Shown piece by piece: positions 41,959-56,437 of a DNA stretch of 64,000 bases. The notes under the pieces are model-generated. The model was not told the DNA's origin. It ran no database searches and saw nothing but the letters and a program-made list of their open reading frames with translations. Source of the DNA: Pecten maximus (Eukaryota); the NCBI RefSeq assembly GCF_902652985.1, contig NC_047017.1, forward strand, positions 20,398,001 to 20,462,000, written 5' to 3'. Numbering within the stretch: position 1 is the stretch's first letter; each line of letters starts with the position of its first letter. A program made the translations under genes and the position numbers.

Positions 41959-44900
41959 CACAATCTAGTGTTATAGGATGTAGATGGACTAAGTCATTAA
42001 ATATGATGCCTCAACTGACCAACAGCCCCACCCCCAAACAGATGTCAGGGCTAAGACGGAGCACTGTCGGGTCAACTGTCGACCCCTTATAAGGCTGTGG
42101 AATGTGTCTCTTCTCATGCTTTGACCAGCATCAATAGCAGTAAGGGTGCTAGTGAAACAATCGCCTGTGATCTGTATGTGGCTTGATAGAAACTTCTACC
42201 ATTCCACTACATACATGAACTGTGGGGAATTTGATTACCAACGCAACATTTGTTGTTAGGAGATCATGTGACAATTATTGTCCTAAATCTAAATTATGTG
42301 GACCATTTGTGTTACAGAATGTTTCACCATCTGTAGAACCTCAGGATCTGAATTTTTTATCTTTTAAAAGAACTTTAAAAAGTCAAGTAAAATGAATGTG
42401 TTTGTGAGTCGGATGTGCCAATTCTACAATGATCACCCGGAAGGTATTATAGTAGATTTGAAAACATAGACCTTTTGGTCACACTGCCCTAAGTAAATTT
42501 ACAATATGAAGTTCTTTCACGGAAAGTAAATCAGCTTTTATCGTAGTGAAAGACCCACAGGGGACCTAAAGGATGCCAGTCGTTGTAGGAATCGCATTTA
42601 ACTGGGATCTCAAATCATGATGCATGCAACGTAATCCATTACTGATTATCTCCCTTGAGTTAGTAGGTACAAATGTGAAAAGCATTTCCACATCTTTGTG
42701 TGATATTTTTTAAACCAATGTGTCATTTAGTTCATTATCATTTTCATTCACATCATTTATCCATCGTTTCCATTTTCTATTCATTTTCATCTCAGTGCTT
42801 CATCAACATAGTAGCCTTGTGTTGTAAATGAATTTTTGTACAGTTAATTTAAAAAGTGAAAGTACTTGACCAATAGGTCAAAAATACGGTCACAGACTTT
42901 TCCTCTCTTCATGCTCTATAGTTTTTAAATGAGAATGACTTATTTATATATTATTAGAAGATTAAAATATTTTGTGTTGTCGAAAAATATGAGTTGGGAG
43001 GATTATTTTCTGGTAGGTTTTGTCCAAAAAAAAAATACCTGGGAGAATTATTTTCTGGCAGATTTGTAAACTATTTTGTTGCGAATAAATCTCATCTGTG
43101 CTATGTACACATAGATCCTTGCTGACGGAGTTAGACTGTCAGAGGCAGCAAGCATTATTTAAGTCTGCATGATTGGTGCATGCCCATTGTCATGTCCACG
43201 TACCATTGTTATTTGTTCCAAGAGGATGTTAAATATGTACATACTTACAAATATATATCTATATAGTAATGAAATAGTCTGTGACTTAATTTTAAATGAA
43301 TGATGGAATCACACACACAAAGCGATGGTATGAAACCCAAAAAAGAAAAACAAAACAAAACAAATCTCATGCATTTCATTATGTGACGTTTTATGTATAA
43401 ATAAGCTCATGTTTAATTAAAAAGTAAATATGACAGAAAATAAATGCAATATGAAAACATATCTATTGGTTTTTGTTTTTCGACCTCTGAGGTTAAGGTA
43501 TATGTTCAAGTGATATGCAGCAGTCAGTCATCATCTACTGGAGAAACGTCAGGTCAGGTAGCCCTGACATGTCTCTCTAAACTTGATTAAATGTAGGCCA
43601 GATGTTCAGATCATGAAATAAGATGTCGATGATAGTAATGGAAGAATACAAAAGTGGAAGAAATTACTATCCATTCAAGGTAAAAAATACTGTTGAAAGT
43701 AAAAACAGTTAAAAGTTCAAGAAAGGCCTTCAAGACAGCAGCAGATGAAAGAATAATTATCGTTTTCTACTTACCTGACCTAAGCCACGTACAGGGATAA
43801 CCTGAGCTAAAAATACAGGTTAAATATCGCCTGACCTATTGTTATTAAATGAATAGCTCGCCATGGTCCGTTTGTGCGTTATAAATGGATTACGAAATTA
43901 AAGTAAAATTGACAGATCCATGTATATCTTGACGACGCTGCAGTTTATTTGCATTTTACTTTGAATAGCAGGCTAACGAATTAAAACCGTTATTTTAATC
44001 TTCCTTTTTATCCAAGTGAATATTTTCTATCTCATCATTTTTATCTTTTAACAAAATACTTTATATCAATTATACTTTCAATGTTAAAAATTGCTTTCAA
44101 ATATGACGAGAAAAGTTCAATGGTCATAGCAAAATATAAAAAGATGCATCTTGGTGATCGAATTCCAAACCTCCAGGCTGTAAAGTGGAGGCTTTCCCAT
44201 ATCAACTAAGTAGACATGTTGATAAATGAAGTTTATATTATTACTTATAATCGGTCTAAAATTAAAATATTCGATACAACTGCATCGGAGGGCAGCTTTA
44301 TATGAATAGGATTTTAGTTGTCTTCTGGTACATAGAAGTAAGACGTTCTGAAAGTTGGTCCTCCATTCGCTGTACATGTCAAAAAAAATTTGATTTCGGG
44401 GAAAATCCCCTTCGAAAATAACGAAATAACCAGATGATGCAGCTCTACGGTCATATAATAAAATATTCATTGCAATGGTTTTTTGGCAGATAAGTATATG
44501 TTCTAGGTTTAAGGGTTGATTTCAAAAACTCACTTTTTAAAAATTGATATTTTTTCTTTCTATTTTTGAAAACTGTCATTGTTAGGTTGAAACTGGCCAA
44601 TATGCGCCATATATCTTTCGGATGCAGCACTTTAAAAGCAGTTGAACTTGCAAGTTTCGGGTTTCGATAATGCTAGATGATATATCGGAGGTGACCGGCT
44701 TGGTACCATGATATTAAGCCAATATAAAGTATCGAATGAAACTACCCAAGCTGTCGAAGTATCATCTTCATTAAAGTCAGTTAAATTGCCATTATTGAAA
44801 GTCACTTGAATCAAATAATGAGCAAGAGTACCCAAGACGGTCGGTAGGTGAAAAAGCTTTGATGCCAGGCGTCCTAAAAACAAGATATTAGAGATTATCT

Positions 44901-46081
44901 TTACGAAGAAAGATCCAATGAGAACGAACAGTTATGTGAAGTTTCTAAAAAAGAAAATTGCCAAATACTTTACCCGTCAGTTTTTTTCTCCAAGGTTGAG
45001 CTTTATCTTGCATATAATTATGATAAGGACGATGGTTTACACTTTAACATTGTTACCTCTATGAAACTTTCGTAAAAGGGACCTTATCGTGATTCTCAGA
45101 TATGGAGTTCACGGTAATTGGTTTCATAGCAGTTAAGCAAAACAGTCATATTATGCGTCTTGATTATCAAGAAAAACATAAATGACTGCGATTGAAGGAA
45201 GCTGTAAATAACTTGGCTAACGTGCGTGAAGCCAAAGCTTATAATAAATTTATAACGTTTTATAAAATAAAGATTTGGAAGGGCTTACGATTTCAAATCT
45301 TCCGTTACCCCTTGTACAGTCATCTAGATAGAGCACACCTCCAGAAATATATCAAGTTTGTACAAATAAAGTATGACTATACATGTGTATATGCAGTCTC
45401 TTGTTATAAATTACTAGATCTAGCTGATCAGTTCACACAATTCCATGGTCGGTTTTTAAAATTGTTGTGGTATTGACAGGTTATTTTGATATTTGTCGCG
45501 CACTTTTCTAATAATGCTATATATACACAGTGTAGTAATAATCGGGAAATACGATATCGTGTGTTTTTGAAGACCATTCCAGATATTACGATTTTATATG
45601 TTGTTTTTCTTTCTAGAGTTATGCCCCTTGCAACACATTGCGCTAATAATCACACACCCCCTCACCCATAATTATGTATTGTGTACCGTGTATGCAGCAA
45701 CCACACTAGTTTACCCGAGATTATAAACATACCAACTGGTCTATCAGTTCGTCAATATTAAAATTTTAATATTACTCTGTTTTTCTGTACTACTTTATTA
45801 TGGCATTACTTGGGAAATCCCGTGAGGGGAATCACCATCTCAGTGGCGGGAAATATCATTGTTTTCCGCCATCAACGGAGATGGTCTCTCATGGTAGACA
45901 AGATAAATCGGTTTGGTACGGAATATAGAAACACAAATAGCACAGGTAGGTTTCAAACTTTCATATTTAACGTCGATTTACTTCAACAGTTTTATCTTTC
46001 TCTTCACACAAACAATCGTGCTATAAATATACTTTCACGTGCATTTTAGGCTACCGGCATCCTCTTACTTTACAGCTAACA

Positions 46082-49000
46082 ATGCTGTCCATTCTACAAG
46101 ATGATGCGACGTCCACGTTTGTTGGTCTGGTCGGTGCCTCTGTGCTGAAGTATGGCTTTACGACATGGCTGGCCTCAGGCCGTCCAAAAGTCTATGAGAA
46201 GGTCGGTAAAGTTTCCAGTCTAAAACTTTACCCAGTCAAATCGTGTCGGGGCCTAGACGTCAAAACGGCCGAATGTACACCTCTAGGATTGCGCCAGTTT
46301 GGAGTCACCGACAGGTTTGTATAACCAAATGACAACCCTTACCCCCTCCCCCTCCTATTAAACACTAAAACTTAGTGACATGCAACCTAACCCCAACTCC
46401 CTGACTGTAAACCATACACCCTACCCTACCAAAGGCTCTACTTCTCAGCCCACACTTACTGTATATCATACCCCTACCCGACCAAAGGCTCTACTTCTCA
46501 GCCCACACTTACTGTAACCCACACCCCGTACCAAAGGCTCTACCTCTTAGCCCACACTGTCTGTAAACCATACCCCCTACCCTACCAAACGCTCTACCTC
46601 TCAGCCCACGTTTACTGTAAACCATACCCCTACCCTACCAAAGGCTCTACCTCTCAGCCCACGTTTACTGTAAACCCTACCCCTTACCATACCAAAGGCT
46701 CTACTTCTCAGCCCACACTGACTGTAAACCATACCCCTACCCTACCAAAGGCTCTACCTCTCAGCCCACACTTACTCCAAAATGTATGTAATGTTACAGG
46801 CAGACTGTCGTTAATTGCTTACCCAATATAAACCGTTACTTCTCAGCCCACCCTTACTCCAGGATTTACTGTGATATCGTAGACAGGTTATAAACGCCCA
46901 TCCCCTATCCCACCCTTACTTCTCCGCCCACATCCCGGATTAATATGGCTCACAGGCAGAATGTAAACGCCCAACCTTATTTCAAACCTCTTACTGCTCT
47001 GCCCAACCTAATCCCATACCCTATGCCAACGACGGGTTGTTTATGTCCATTCAATCCCATCCCAACCCCCGCATAGCTTAAACTTCCGTTAAAGCGGCTA
47101 TAACTAGAATTCATACTCGCCGAACTGCGATTTATTCTTATAAATAGTGAAATAGGTTCAAGATATAGCGATGCACGAGCCTATACCATACAAAATATTC
47201 CATAAATAGAACACTGTTATTCTCTGTTGATGTTTATAAAGATTGCTACAAAGGTCGGTTATCCTGTTTATACATTCTAATAGTAAATAAATAAATGGAT
47301 AAATAAAAAAAAAAAATAATAATGAATAAATACGATTTTTAAAAAATATAGAATTCCATACGATGTCCAAATGGTTGATGCAATCCATCATGTCATTATT
47401 TTGATAACGTATAATTCTAGTAAGCGATAAAAACTAAACTAATGTAATGTTGCGTTTTTTCCCGTCAATATCTTTGTCTAAAAAGGACCGATTTTGATTG
47501 TCAGGGCGGCGTTCATCATAAATTCATTTTGGGTTCAAATTGATCTGGCGTTGTATATTTTATTCTGATTATTGTTACGAGTATATACGTCAGCTCTGAG
47601 TTGCAAGAGGATGTGAATTTTGCTACTTATAGTTTTGCAACCCAGCAATGCTGTTTCTACTCAGAACATATCTCGGAACTCGAAACTCGAAATCTCATTA
47701 AAAATATGAGTTTGATTATTCTTATTTTATTATTGTTCGTTTTGAATAAGTGTATAAATTTGACCAACCACCTATCGAATTAAGCGACTTTCTTTGTCTT
47801 TAAAATCATAATAGAGGTTTGCTGTATAAGAGAAGGGTATTTGTAGCTAGATTGCCCACCGTGTTTATGTCAAACGGAAACAACGATTGGAATCGCAAGC
47901 GGTAATTAAGTGGAAAACAGTGATTCAAATTGATGAAAGGGGTGCCTCGAATGTGTTGTTAAAATATGTCATCGACGGAATTTCTTACCCAACTGTCTCT
48001 GATGAAATCCTTCAGAGATAACTCTTGTTGGCGAGAACAAAAGATACAAAACCTCGATACTCCAGGGGTTACGTTAGGGGTTATATGCCATGTCGAAATG
48101 GAAGGCTCAAAAACCATTATCTTGTAAATGAAATACAAATTAACTAAGTTGAACTTTGACGTACATCAAACGTACCTCCGCGTCTCCATACCGTTAAATT
48201 GACAGGCGTTGACTTAGGTAGTCGTCCTCTGTGATTTTCAAAAGAAATGCGTCGGTTTAGCGATTGCTCAGGTTTTTTCCTGACGCCAATCAATTGAATT
48301 GTCGCGTGCCTTCGATTTTTCTATGTCATATTCCAGGGGTGCCGAGATCGAAAGCGAACGTAGCCCCTCGAGTATCTAGGATGCAGGTATATCATGGACT
48401 TTATAAAGTTATGTCAATTTATCAAATTATCAGATTTATATACTTTGCTCATTTTACAACCATGTATGTACATAGTGTATATATATTAAAATGTAGGATA
48501 GAAATATGTACAGACAAATAACATAATTTATGTCCTTTTATATCGTGTGGTCACGCGGAATAATAATTACAGCATTAAAATCACATAAGAGGTTTAACTC
48601 GCATCTCAAAATTATCTTTATCTCTACGCCATTCTTGGCCGTCATCAGCTAAACTGGCAGGGTTACTGACACTGTCACTGACAGGTTAAACGAAGGGAAG
48701 TAACTCTGATATACCAAATATCTCTACGCTAGCAACACAAATGTATTCATAAATCTGTGTTCAGCCCAACCTTCTTAAACTCGCGTAAATAATCCAATAG
48801 CAGTTTTAAAAAACCTCGAAAATGATATCTCACTTAAAGTTTTTTGGAAGTTCCTTAAAATCAGCGAAATTAGATTGAGTTATATATCATATTTATCACC
48901 AAAAGTATTCTAGTCTAAGCACAAATTGTGTATTTAAGTTGAGTGCGGTACGATTGTATGAATACGGGCCCAGATGTTTCTATTTTGAGAAACAGTCAGT

Positions 49001-52000
49001 TTTGCGTTTATGACATCACAATGCCACGATGTTATCAAGATAAATATAACTGCTATTCCACCTTTTTTGAACAAGTTTCATATGTAATATAAAAATCAAA
49101 TAATCCTGATTTGGTTTTATATTGTTATACCGACACCATTTGACTAGTTATGGGGAAAAACTTTTTAGTAAAGGTAGTTATTGTAAACACTTTGTGCGTC
49201 CGTGCGAGCGTCAGTCCGCAAGTCTTCACAGCAACAATAAAACATATTGAATTATTTAAGGGGAAAGTATATTTGCGCTTTTAAAAGAAAGAAGAAAATT
49301 TACCAGTAATGGAACTACAACTAATCTGTATGATAAGCATGATGATTTCAAGATCCGAATTGTTAATTTTCCATTTCAGGATCGTAACATCCCGGCTTTC
49401 CCTATCTACGCTGTTTATGTATCCGATGTGATTCGACATGTAATGACCTGTTCCCATTGTTACGATGTCCTTGACAGATGCCGATTACTTTCTTTCGAGA
49501 GATCATGCAGGTCGATGAAGAACACGAGAAATTGTATGGTCGACGTAATGCTATTTGGAATTCGTGTTTTTCCTTCTGCGGCATGGAGTCAGATGTGATG
49601 CTCGCTGATATGCTTAGTAGTTCCCCAGTCACCACTCTACTTCTCATTTTGAGAATGTTACTTATCCCAGAATTGACCTATATTTGTATGATGGATGTCG
49701 TAGATGAAGAAGGCGATTACTGTAACCGTGGAAATTTACGCGAGGGTGCAATTTACGCTGATTACGTGGATATCTTGTGATCGCAAAACATCCTCCACGC
49801 GTATCGCGCATATTATTTTGATATCAATTTGTGTAATCTCGAAATACAAACGAAGGTGGTCGATCGCGAAGACGCTATAACCTACTGAGGTGATTGGTCA
49901 ATCATAATGATCTTGTTCCATGAGACGAGATGCCAATGTACTGAATAGCACTTATAGGACAGGAAACTGGCAGTTTAAAACTACAACCGGGGACTGAGGT
50001 ATCCAAAATGGCACCAGATTTGTTGACCGTGACGTCATCCACGAATATCGCTACTCACTCCTGTTCATTTTATTGCATGGCTATTTCAAGTCATTGAATA
50101 CAACTTGTATTTCATACATGCTTGGATGATATATTTTTTTCAGACATTGGGTTGTAACCTCACAAAACAAATGGATAACCGGTAACAAGGAACCGAAACT
50201 TACCCTAGTGACTGTTACCTTACACGAAGATACAGTGGAGATGACGGCCCCGGGTATGGAACCTCTCTTGGTCCCACTCAATCCCAAACTCGACACGGCA
50301 TTGATCCGCCATATTGGGTATGACCTCCTAACTTATCATTTATATACAACTGCTCTCCTTTATCATCAAAATATATTTACCATTGTATGGCACTGCCACT
50401 ATATAACCCTACCAATTCAGTTGCGAGTTCACCAGCTTATGAACTGCCAACTGAAATTTGAATTTGAAAATTTCCCAAAAAAAATCGCACGACAAATAAA
50501 AAAATCGCAGATGGTAAATATAAGCATTGAACGGCTTTCAGTTGGCATTCATATATGAATGCCAACTGAAAGCCGTTCAATGCTTAAATGGCCCACGCCA
50601 TTAATCTCAAACACATTTTGAAAGCAGTCATTGAGAAGTAAAGTGTGTCTGTGCAGAACAAATGCAGTTTGATATTTTATGACGAATGCAGTTTGATAGT
50701 ATATGACACATGTCAAGATGAGCTATTGTGATCGGTTTGTTGCAGCACCGGCGCAAACGCTATAGATACGCTGGATTGTGGTGACGAAGCTGCGGCTTGG
50801 TTTGCTAAGCACACGGGAAGGGAAGGAGTCAGACTGAACTACTCTCATCCTGAGCTGAAAAAACGGGAGTCAATCAATTTTAAATATCCATGGGACCACT
50901 ATGCTAAACTCGGAGACCGGGTAAGTTCAAAAACAAGATTATCAATTGAGAAGTGATGGAGCTCAACGGTTAGATGAAGGCTTGTGCTGCTTGTATAACT
51001 TGCGTTACATTACTCCGAGTTCTGGTCTCTTCTATGATAATGTATATCAGTTAACACATATGCTACTACCGGTTACATGGCATATTTTGTGATACATGTC
51101 CCACAGCGCCCTCGAGTATGTGCTACATGTTGAATAGCGCCACTTCATGTGATATTACAGATTACACAGCGCCACCTCGTGTGATATTACAGGTTACAAT
51201 AACATCTTTGCTTGATGGGCGTTAACTTGTGTAACACTACATGTTACGCGGCGCTAACCTGTGTGACACTACTTGTTACGCGGCGCTAACCTGTGTGACA
51301 CTTCATGTTGCGCAGCGCTAACTTGTGTGGCACTTCATGTTGCGCGGCGCTAACTTGTGTGGCACTTCATGTTACGCAGCCCTAACCTGTGTGACACTAC
51401 ATGTTACGCAGCCCTAACTTGTGTGACACTTCATGTTACGCAGCCCTAACTTGTGTGATCATTTTGTTAGCGCAAACATCACTCTACATAGCGTGTTTCT
51501 GTTTTCATTTTGTATCCAAATATGTACGTGTTGAACATCATACCAGGGACATGCATATATATATTAGAGACTCCACTAGCTTGGAGACTGACATAGCGTG
51601 CGCTTTTGTATTTGTGCACTGAGTCGTGAAGGCGCAGAGACGTTCATTAAGTTCGTAAGTTATTACATAAAATCAGTGATTATTTATACAAGGGCTTAAT
51701 CGGTGCCTGTGGAATTTATTCAGCTTGTTACAGATGCAAAAATTGAAAGCGATTGGACGAGAATGTTCAGAGAAAAGTGGTTCATAATAAGGTAGTGAAG
51801 TCAACTCGATGACATCTCGCTACATTGTTACTAACACATAGAGACAGTTTCCAATCCCGGTATGTGCGTTCCTTATACGTACACAGACATGTTATCTTAA
51901 TTACCGCCATCGCCAATGTCCTCACACCTTTATAGATGTTTTGTTTTAAATAAAACTTCGGTCCTCACAGATGGCCTTTTCAAACTACTGTGCCTATATG

Positions 52001-55000
52001 ATGATGACCAAGGAAAGCCTTACTGCACTGAACGCTGAGCTAGACTCACCAGTAAACATTAGCAACTTCCGCCCAAGCATAATGATGGAGGGATCGCCAG
52101 CTTTCCAGGAGGTCAGTTTTGTTGAACATGTTATTGTAGTCATCTGACATTTGCTGGTGCAAATTGGATAGGATATTATATATAAATTCTTGTTATGGAA
52201 AACATGTTTTTGTTACGCGTTGAAGAAAAGCAATGAAATCAAAAGTTATATAAAAAGAAATTTTTATAACTTTTGTCTACAAACAGGTATTTACTTTTCA
52301 GAATTGTTTGTTTTAAAGAATGTTTATAACTTTTGTCTACAAACAGGTATTTACTTTTCAGAATTGTTTGTTTTAAAGAATGTTGATAACTTTTGTCTAC
52401 AATCACGTATTTTAATTTTTTATTTGATATATAACAGGACCAGTGGGAAGCAGTAAAGATCGGCACAGTTTCCTTCAGAATGATTGACCTGTGCTCAAGG
52501 TTTGTCTATCCTATCTTAATGTCTCATATTAACTTAAGCGTACAAATGTCATTAAACTTTGGAACCCTTGGCATGTCTACACTGTAATAGTACAGAGTTC
52601 AAGTGATATAATATGAATGGATATATAAACAATAATTTAATAATGATATATATATAATTGTTATATCATTGATTTTTTCTCGCTAATATATTGTTCATAT
52701 GCAACAAAGTACATGTAAATACATATCGTTTATAGAGACAATTACATGTATGTTTTAATCGTTGAACTCTGACAGATATTTATTGAAAAGGATTTTTTTT
52801 AAAAAACGTTTCATTATTTATTAAAAAAAAACACTTTTCCGTTTAATATAAACTTAATGTTAAACATTTTCGACACGATACTTACGACAAAAACTGTCAA
52901 AAGCAAGTAACATGGGTTCATGATTTATTTTTTAGCCCACCATCATCAGATGGTGGGCTATTCAAATCGCCCTGCGTCCGTGGTCCGTGGTCCGTCGTCC
53001 GTCCGTCCGTCCGTCCCTCCGTCCGTCCGTCCGTAAACAATTCTTGTTATCGCTAATCCTCAGAGAGTACTGAAGGGATCTTTCCCAAATTTCATATGTG
53101 GGTTCCCCTTGGTGCCTAGTTATGCATATTGCATTTTGAGACCAATCGGAAAACAACATGGCCGACAGGCAGCCATCTTGGATTTTGACAATTGAAGTTT
53201 GTTATCGCTATTTCTGAGAAAGTACTGAAGGGATCTTTCTCAAATTTCATATGTAGGCTTCCCTTGGTGCCTAGTTATGCATATTGCATTTTGAGACCAA
53301 TCGGAAAACAACATGGCCGACAGGCAGCCATCTTGGATTTTGATAATTGAAGTTTGTTATCGCTATTTCTGAGAAAGTACTGAAGGGATCTTTCTCAAAT
53401 TTCATATGTAGGCTTCCCTTGGTGCTTAGTTATGCATATTGCATTTTGAGACCAATCGAAAAACAACATGGCCGACAGGCAGCCATCTTGGATTTTGATA
53501 ATTGAAGTTTGTTATCACTATTTCTGAGAAAGTACTGAAGGGATCTTTCTCAAATTTCATATGTAGGTTCCCCTTGGTTCCTAGTTATGCATATTGCATT
53601 TTGAGACCGATCGGAAAACAACATGGCCGACAGGCAGCCATCTTGGATTTTGACAATTGAAGTTTGTTATCGCTATTTCTGAGAAAGTACTGAAGGGATC
53701 TTTCTGAAATTTCATATGCAGATTCCCCTTGGTGCCTAGTTATGCATATTGCATTTTGAGACCAATAGGAAAACAACATGGCCGACAGGCAGCCATCTTG
53801 GATTTTGACAATTGAAGTTTGTTATCGCTATTTCTGAGAAAGTACTGAAGGGATCTTTCTCAAATTTCATATGTAGATTCCCCTTGGTGCCTTGTTATGC
53901 ATATTGCATTTTGAGACCAATCGGAAAACAACATGGCCGACAGGCAGCCATCTTGGATTTTGACAATTGAAGTTTGTTATTGCTATTTCTCAAAAAGCAC
54001 TGAAGGGATCTTTCTGAAATTTCATATAAAGGTTCCTCTTGGTGCCTAGTTATGCATATTGCGTTTTGAGACCAATTGGAAAACAACATGGCCGACAGGC
54101 AGCCATCTTGGATTTTGACAAGTGAAGTTTGTTATCGCTATTTCTCAGAAAGCACCAAGGGGGTCTTTCTCAAATTTCACATGTAGGTTCCTCTTGGTGC
54201 CTAGTTATGCATATTGCATTTTGAGACCAATCAGAAAACAACATGGCCGACAGGCAGCCATCTTGGATTTTGACAATTGAAGTTTGTTATTGCTATTTCT
54301 CAGAAACTTATGAAGGGATCTTTCTGAAATTTCATATAAAGGTTCCTCTTGGTGCCTAGTTATGCATATTGCATTTTGAGACTAATCTGAAAACAACATG
54401 GCCGACAGGCAGCCATCTTGGATTTTGACAATTGAAGTTTGTTATCGCTATTTCTCAGAAAGTACTGAAGGGATCTTTCTGAAATTTCATATGTAGGTTC
54501 CCCTCTGTGCCTAGTTATGCATATTGCATTTTGAGACTATTCGGAAAACAACATGGCCGACAGGCAGTCATCTTGGATTTTGACAATTGAAGTTTGTTAT
54601 CGCTATTTCTCAGAAAGGACTGAAGGGATCTTTCTCAAATTTCATATGTAGGTTCCTCTTGGTGCCTAGTTATGCATATTGCATTTTGAGACCAATCGAA
54701 AAACAACATGGCCGACAGGCAGCCATCTTGGATTTTGACAATTGAAGATTGTTATCGCTATTTATCAGAAATTGCTGAAAGGATCTTTCTGAATTTCATT
54801 TGTAGGTTGCCCTCTGTGTCTAGTTATACATATTGGATTTTGAGACCAGTCAGAAAACAACCTGGCTGACCGGCAGCCATCTTGTATTTTGAAAATTGAA
54901 GTTTGTTATCGCTATTGTACAGAAGGTACTGAAGGGATCTTTCTCAAATTTCATATGTAGGTTCCCCTTGGTCCCTGGTATTGCATTTTGGGACCAATCG

Positions 55001-56437
55001 GAAAACAACATGGCCGACAGACAGCCATTATCGCTAAATCTTAAATTTTATATATAGGTTCCCCTTGTTTGAAAAGTACTAGATCTAGAGGGCTGTTTCT
55101 GAATTTACACAGATTAGAAAGACTTAGAAGAAGGGAAAAGTAGAGAAAAGATCAATCTGACATGGAACCTATAAAGATCATTCAATGGTGGGCGCCAAGA
55201 TCCCTCTGGGATCTCTTGTTTAACTATTAGTACAATATTAAAATTTAATGAAACGGATTTATTAATCATTCAGGTATTACCGTACTCTGAATGAAGATAT
55301 TTACATAATTAGTAAAGCCTTGGCAATTTAAAAGTAACATTTAAACAATATGTCTTTCATAATACGAAAATATATTATGATATCTCAAGTCGGCAATTAG
55401 AATAATACTGAAACACACAATGGTAAGGACTACAATTTCATCGCTAAATGCATTATGTTTTTACATCAATAAATTCTAAGAGATAGAAAAAACATGCATT
55501 TTACCGGTACCAGACACATTTCTGGGACAAATCCTGGCTAATTAGTGTATTTGTAAGTCTATTGTGGATCAGATTACCTGCAAAAATAATCGTACTGTAT
55601 ATTCCTTATGCTGTAATGCAGATGTAATCTGATCAACGTTATACAAGATGAAGGCAAACATTCAGAGGCTAAGGAACCTTATACTACGTTGAGACGGTGA
55701 GTATAAATTTGTTAATTTACCTGTAAATGAAGGTAGATATTATAGAAAATGATAAAATATGGCTGGACGTAGTAATAAGTTGTCATTCAATCAATATCGG
55801 ACACTAATTTCTAATGATTCAACTGTGCAAGTGATCAGTGTAAATTTTGGATAAGGACACTTTACAAAGAGTACTAGAGGAAAAGTAATTCAAAGTTTGA
55901 CCCTTATTTCCCTCAATAATCCAACAAGTTTTCCTTCAGAGTGGTTTACAACCATTATATAAAAATGCTAATTGGAGATGCTCCATCGCCGACATCGTCT
56001 ACATTGCTTCTCAAAAAAGTGCATAAAATGGCTTCCATGGTATTGGGGGAAATATATACAATATAAGTCAGTAACAGCGCCATAAATTCAGCAAAAATAA
56101 AAACTTATTATTTTATCGATGTTTTCAATCCATCATAGTTCCTAATTGTCGGCGATGATGCACCTTTAAGAATGCTGCAAACCAAATGTTTTGATTTCTT
56201 TGCCGCTATTGAGAAAATAGAATTCATGATTCTTTAAGACTGACTAATTTCTGTCAATATCATTGATAGTTAATCTTGATATAATTTATGTTGATTCAAC
56301 TACACATACATTTTTCGGTATCCAGGATCCGGTGTTTTCCGAAGTATGGCGTCAAACCCTGTTTAGGTATCTACTTGGCGTTGGACGTGGAAGGAACGAT
56401 TAATGTGGGCGATGACGTTTACGCCATCCGGATGTAG
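46082..56437 (+). CDS. MTARC: Mitochondrial amidoxime-reducing component-like (MOSC-domain molybdoenzyme), copy 1, 7 coding exons
   Basis: Exons 46082-46314 (VGKVSSLKLYPVKSCRG...DR), 50144-50317, 50746-50920 (DCGDEAAAWF), 51971-52111 (SLTALNAEL..NFRPSI..AFQE), 52438-52499 (DQWEAVKIG..CSR), 55622-55696 (C..EPYTTLR), 56326-56437 (GTINVGDDVYAIRM*). Moco-binding CSRC motif is split over exons 5/6. Confidence 0.92.
46400..46935. repeat. C-rich minisatellite, 53-bp unit, in the first coding intron of mARC copy 1
   Basis: ctgtaaaccatacccctaccctaccaaaggctctacctctcagcccacactta, about 7 good copies plus degenerate ones. Confidence 0.9.
49300..49560 (+). mobile_element. Degenerate Penelope-like RT C-terminal fragment
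   Basis: ctgtatgataagcatgatgatttcaagatccgaattgttaattttccattt encodes LYDKHDDFKIRIVNFPF..NIP, matching the LYDKRDDF..IVNFPFL.SNIP motif. Confidence 0.6.
50521..50586. repeat. Perfect 66-bp palindrome
   Basis: taagcattgaacggctttcagttggcattcatatatgaatgccaactgaaagccgttcaatgctta equals its own reverse complement. Confidence 0.95.
51140..51458. repeat. Minisatellite, about 31-bp unit (tgtgacactacatgttacgcggcgctaacct)
   Basis: Direct reading, about 8-10 copies. Confidence 0.88.
52255..52402. repeat. 60-bp tandem duplication (about 2.4 copies) upstream of a splice acceptor
   Basis: ttataacttttgtctacaaacaggtatttacttttcagaattgtttgttttaaagaatgt repeated. Confidence 0.9.
52932..55220 (+). mobile_element. 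Non-autonomous Helentron-type (HINE/DINE-1-like) element with about 13 central 155-bp tandem repeats
   Basis: Starts in a T-run; 5' subTIR gcccaccat with adjacent inverted copy atggtgggc; (GTCC)n microsatellite; 155-bp units; 3' subTIR atggtgggc (55185) and palindrome agatccc-tct-gggatct; ends cttgtt. Confidence 0.88.
55976..56165. mobile_element. Probable Kolobok-type MITE
   Basis: agatgctccatcgccgaca ... tgtcggcgatgatgcacct followed by TTAA; left TSD is degenerate. Confidence 0.5.

Noticed and set aside
44600-44640. Possible Kolobok-type terminus (cggatgcagcact-ttaa)
   Set aside because: No matching opposite end was found.
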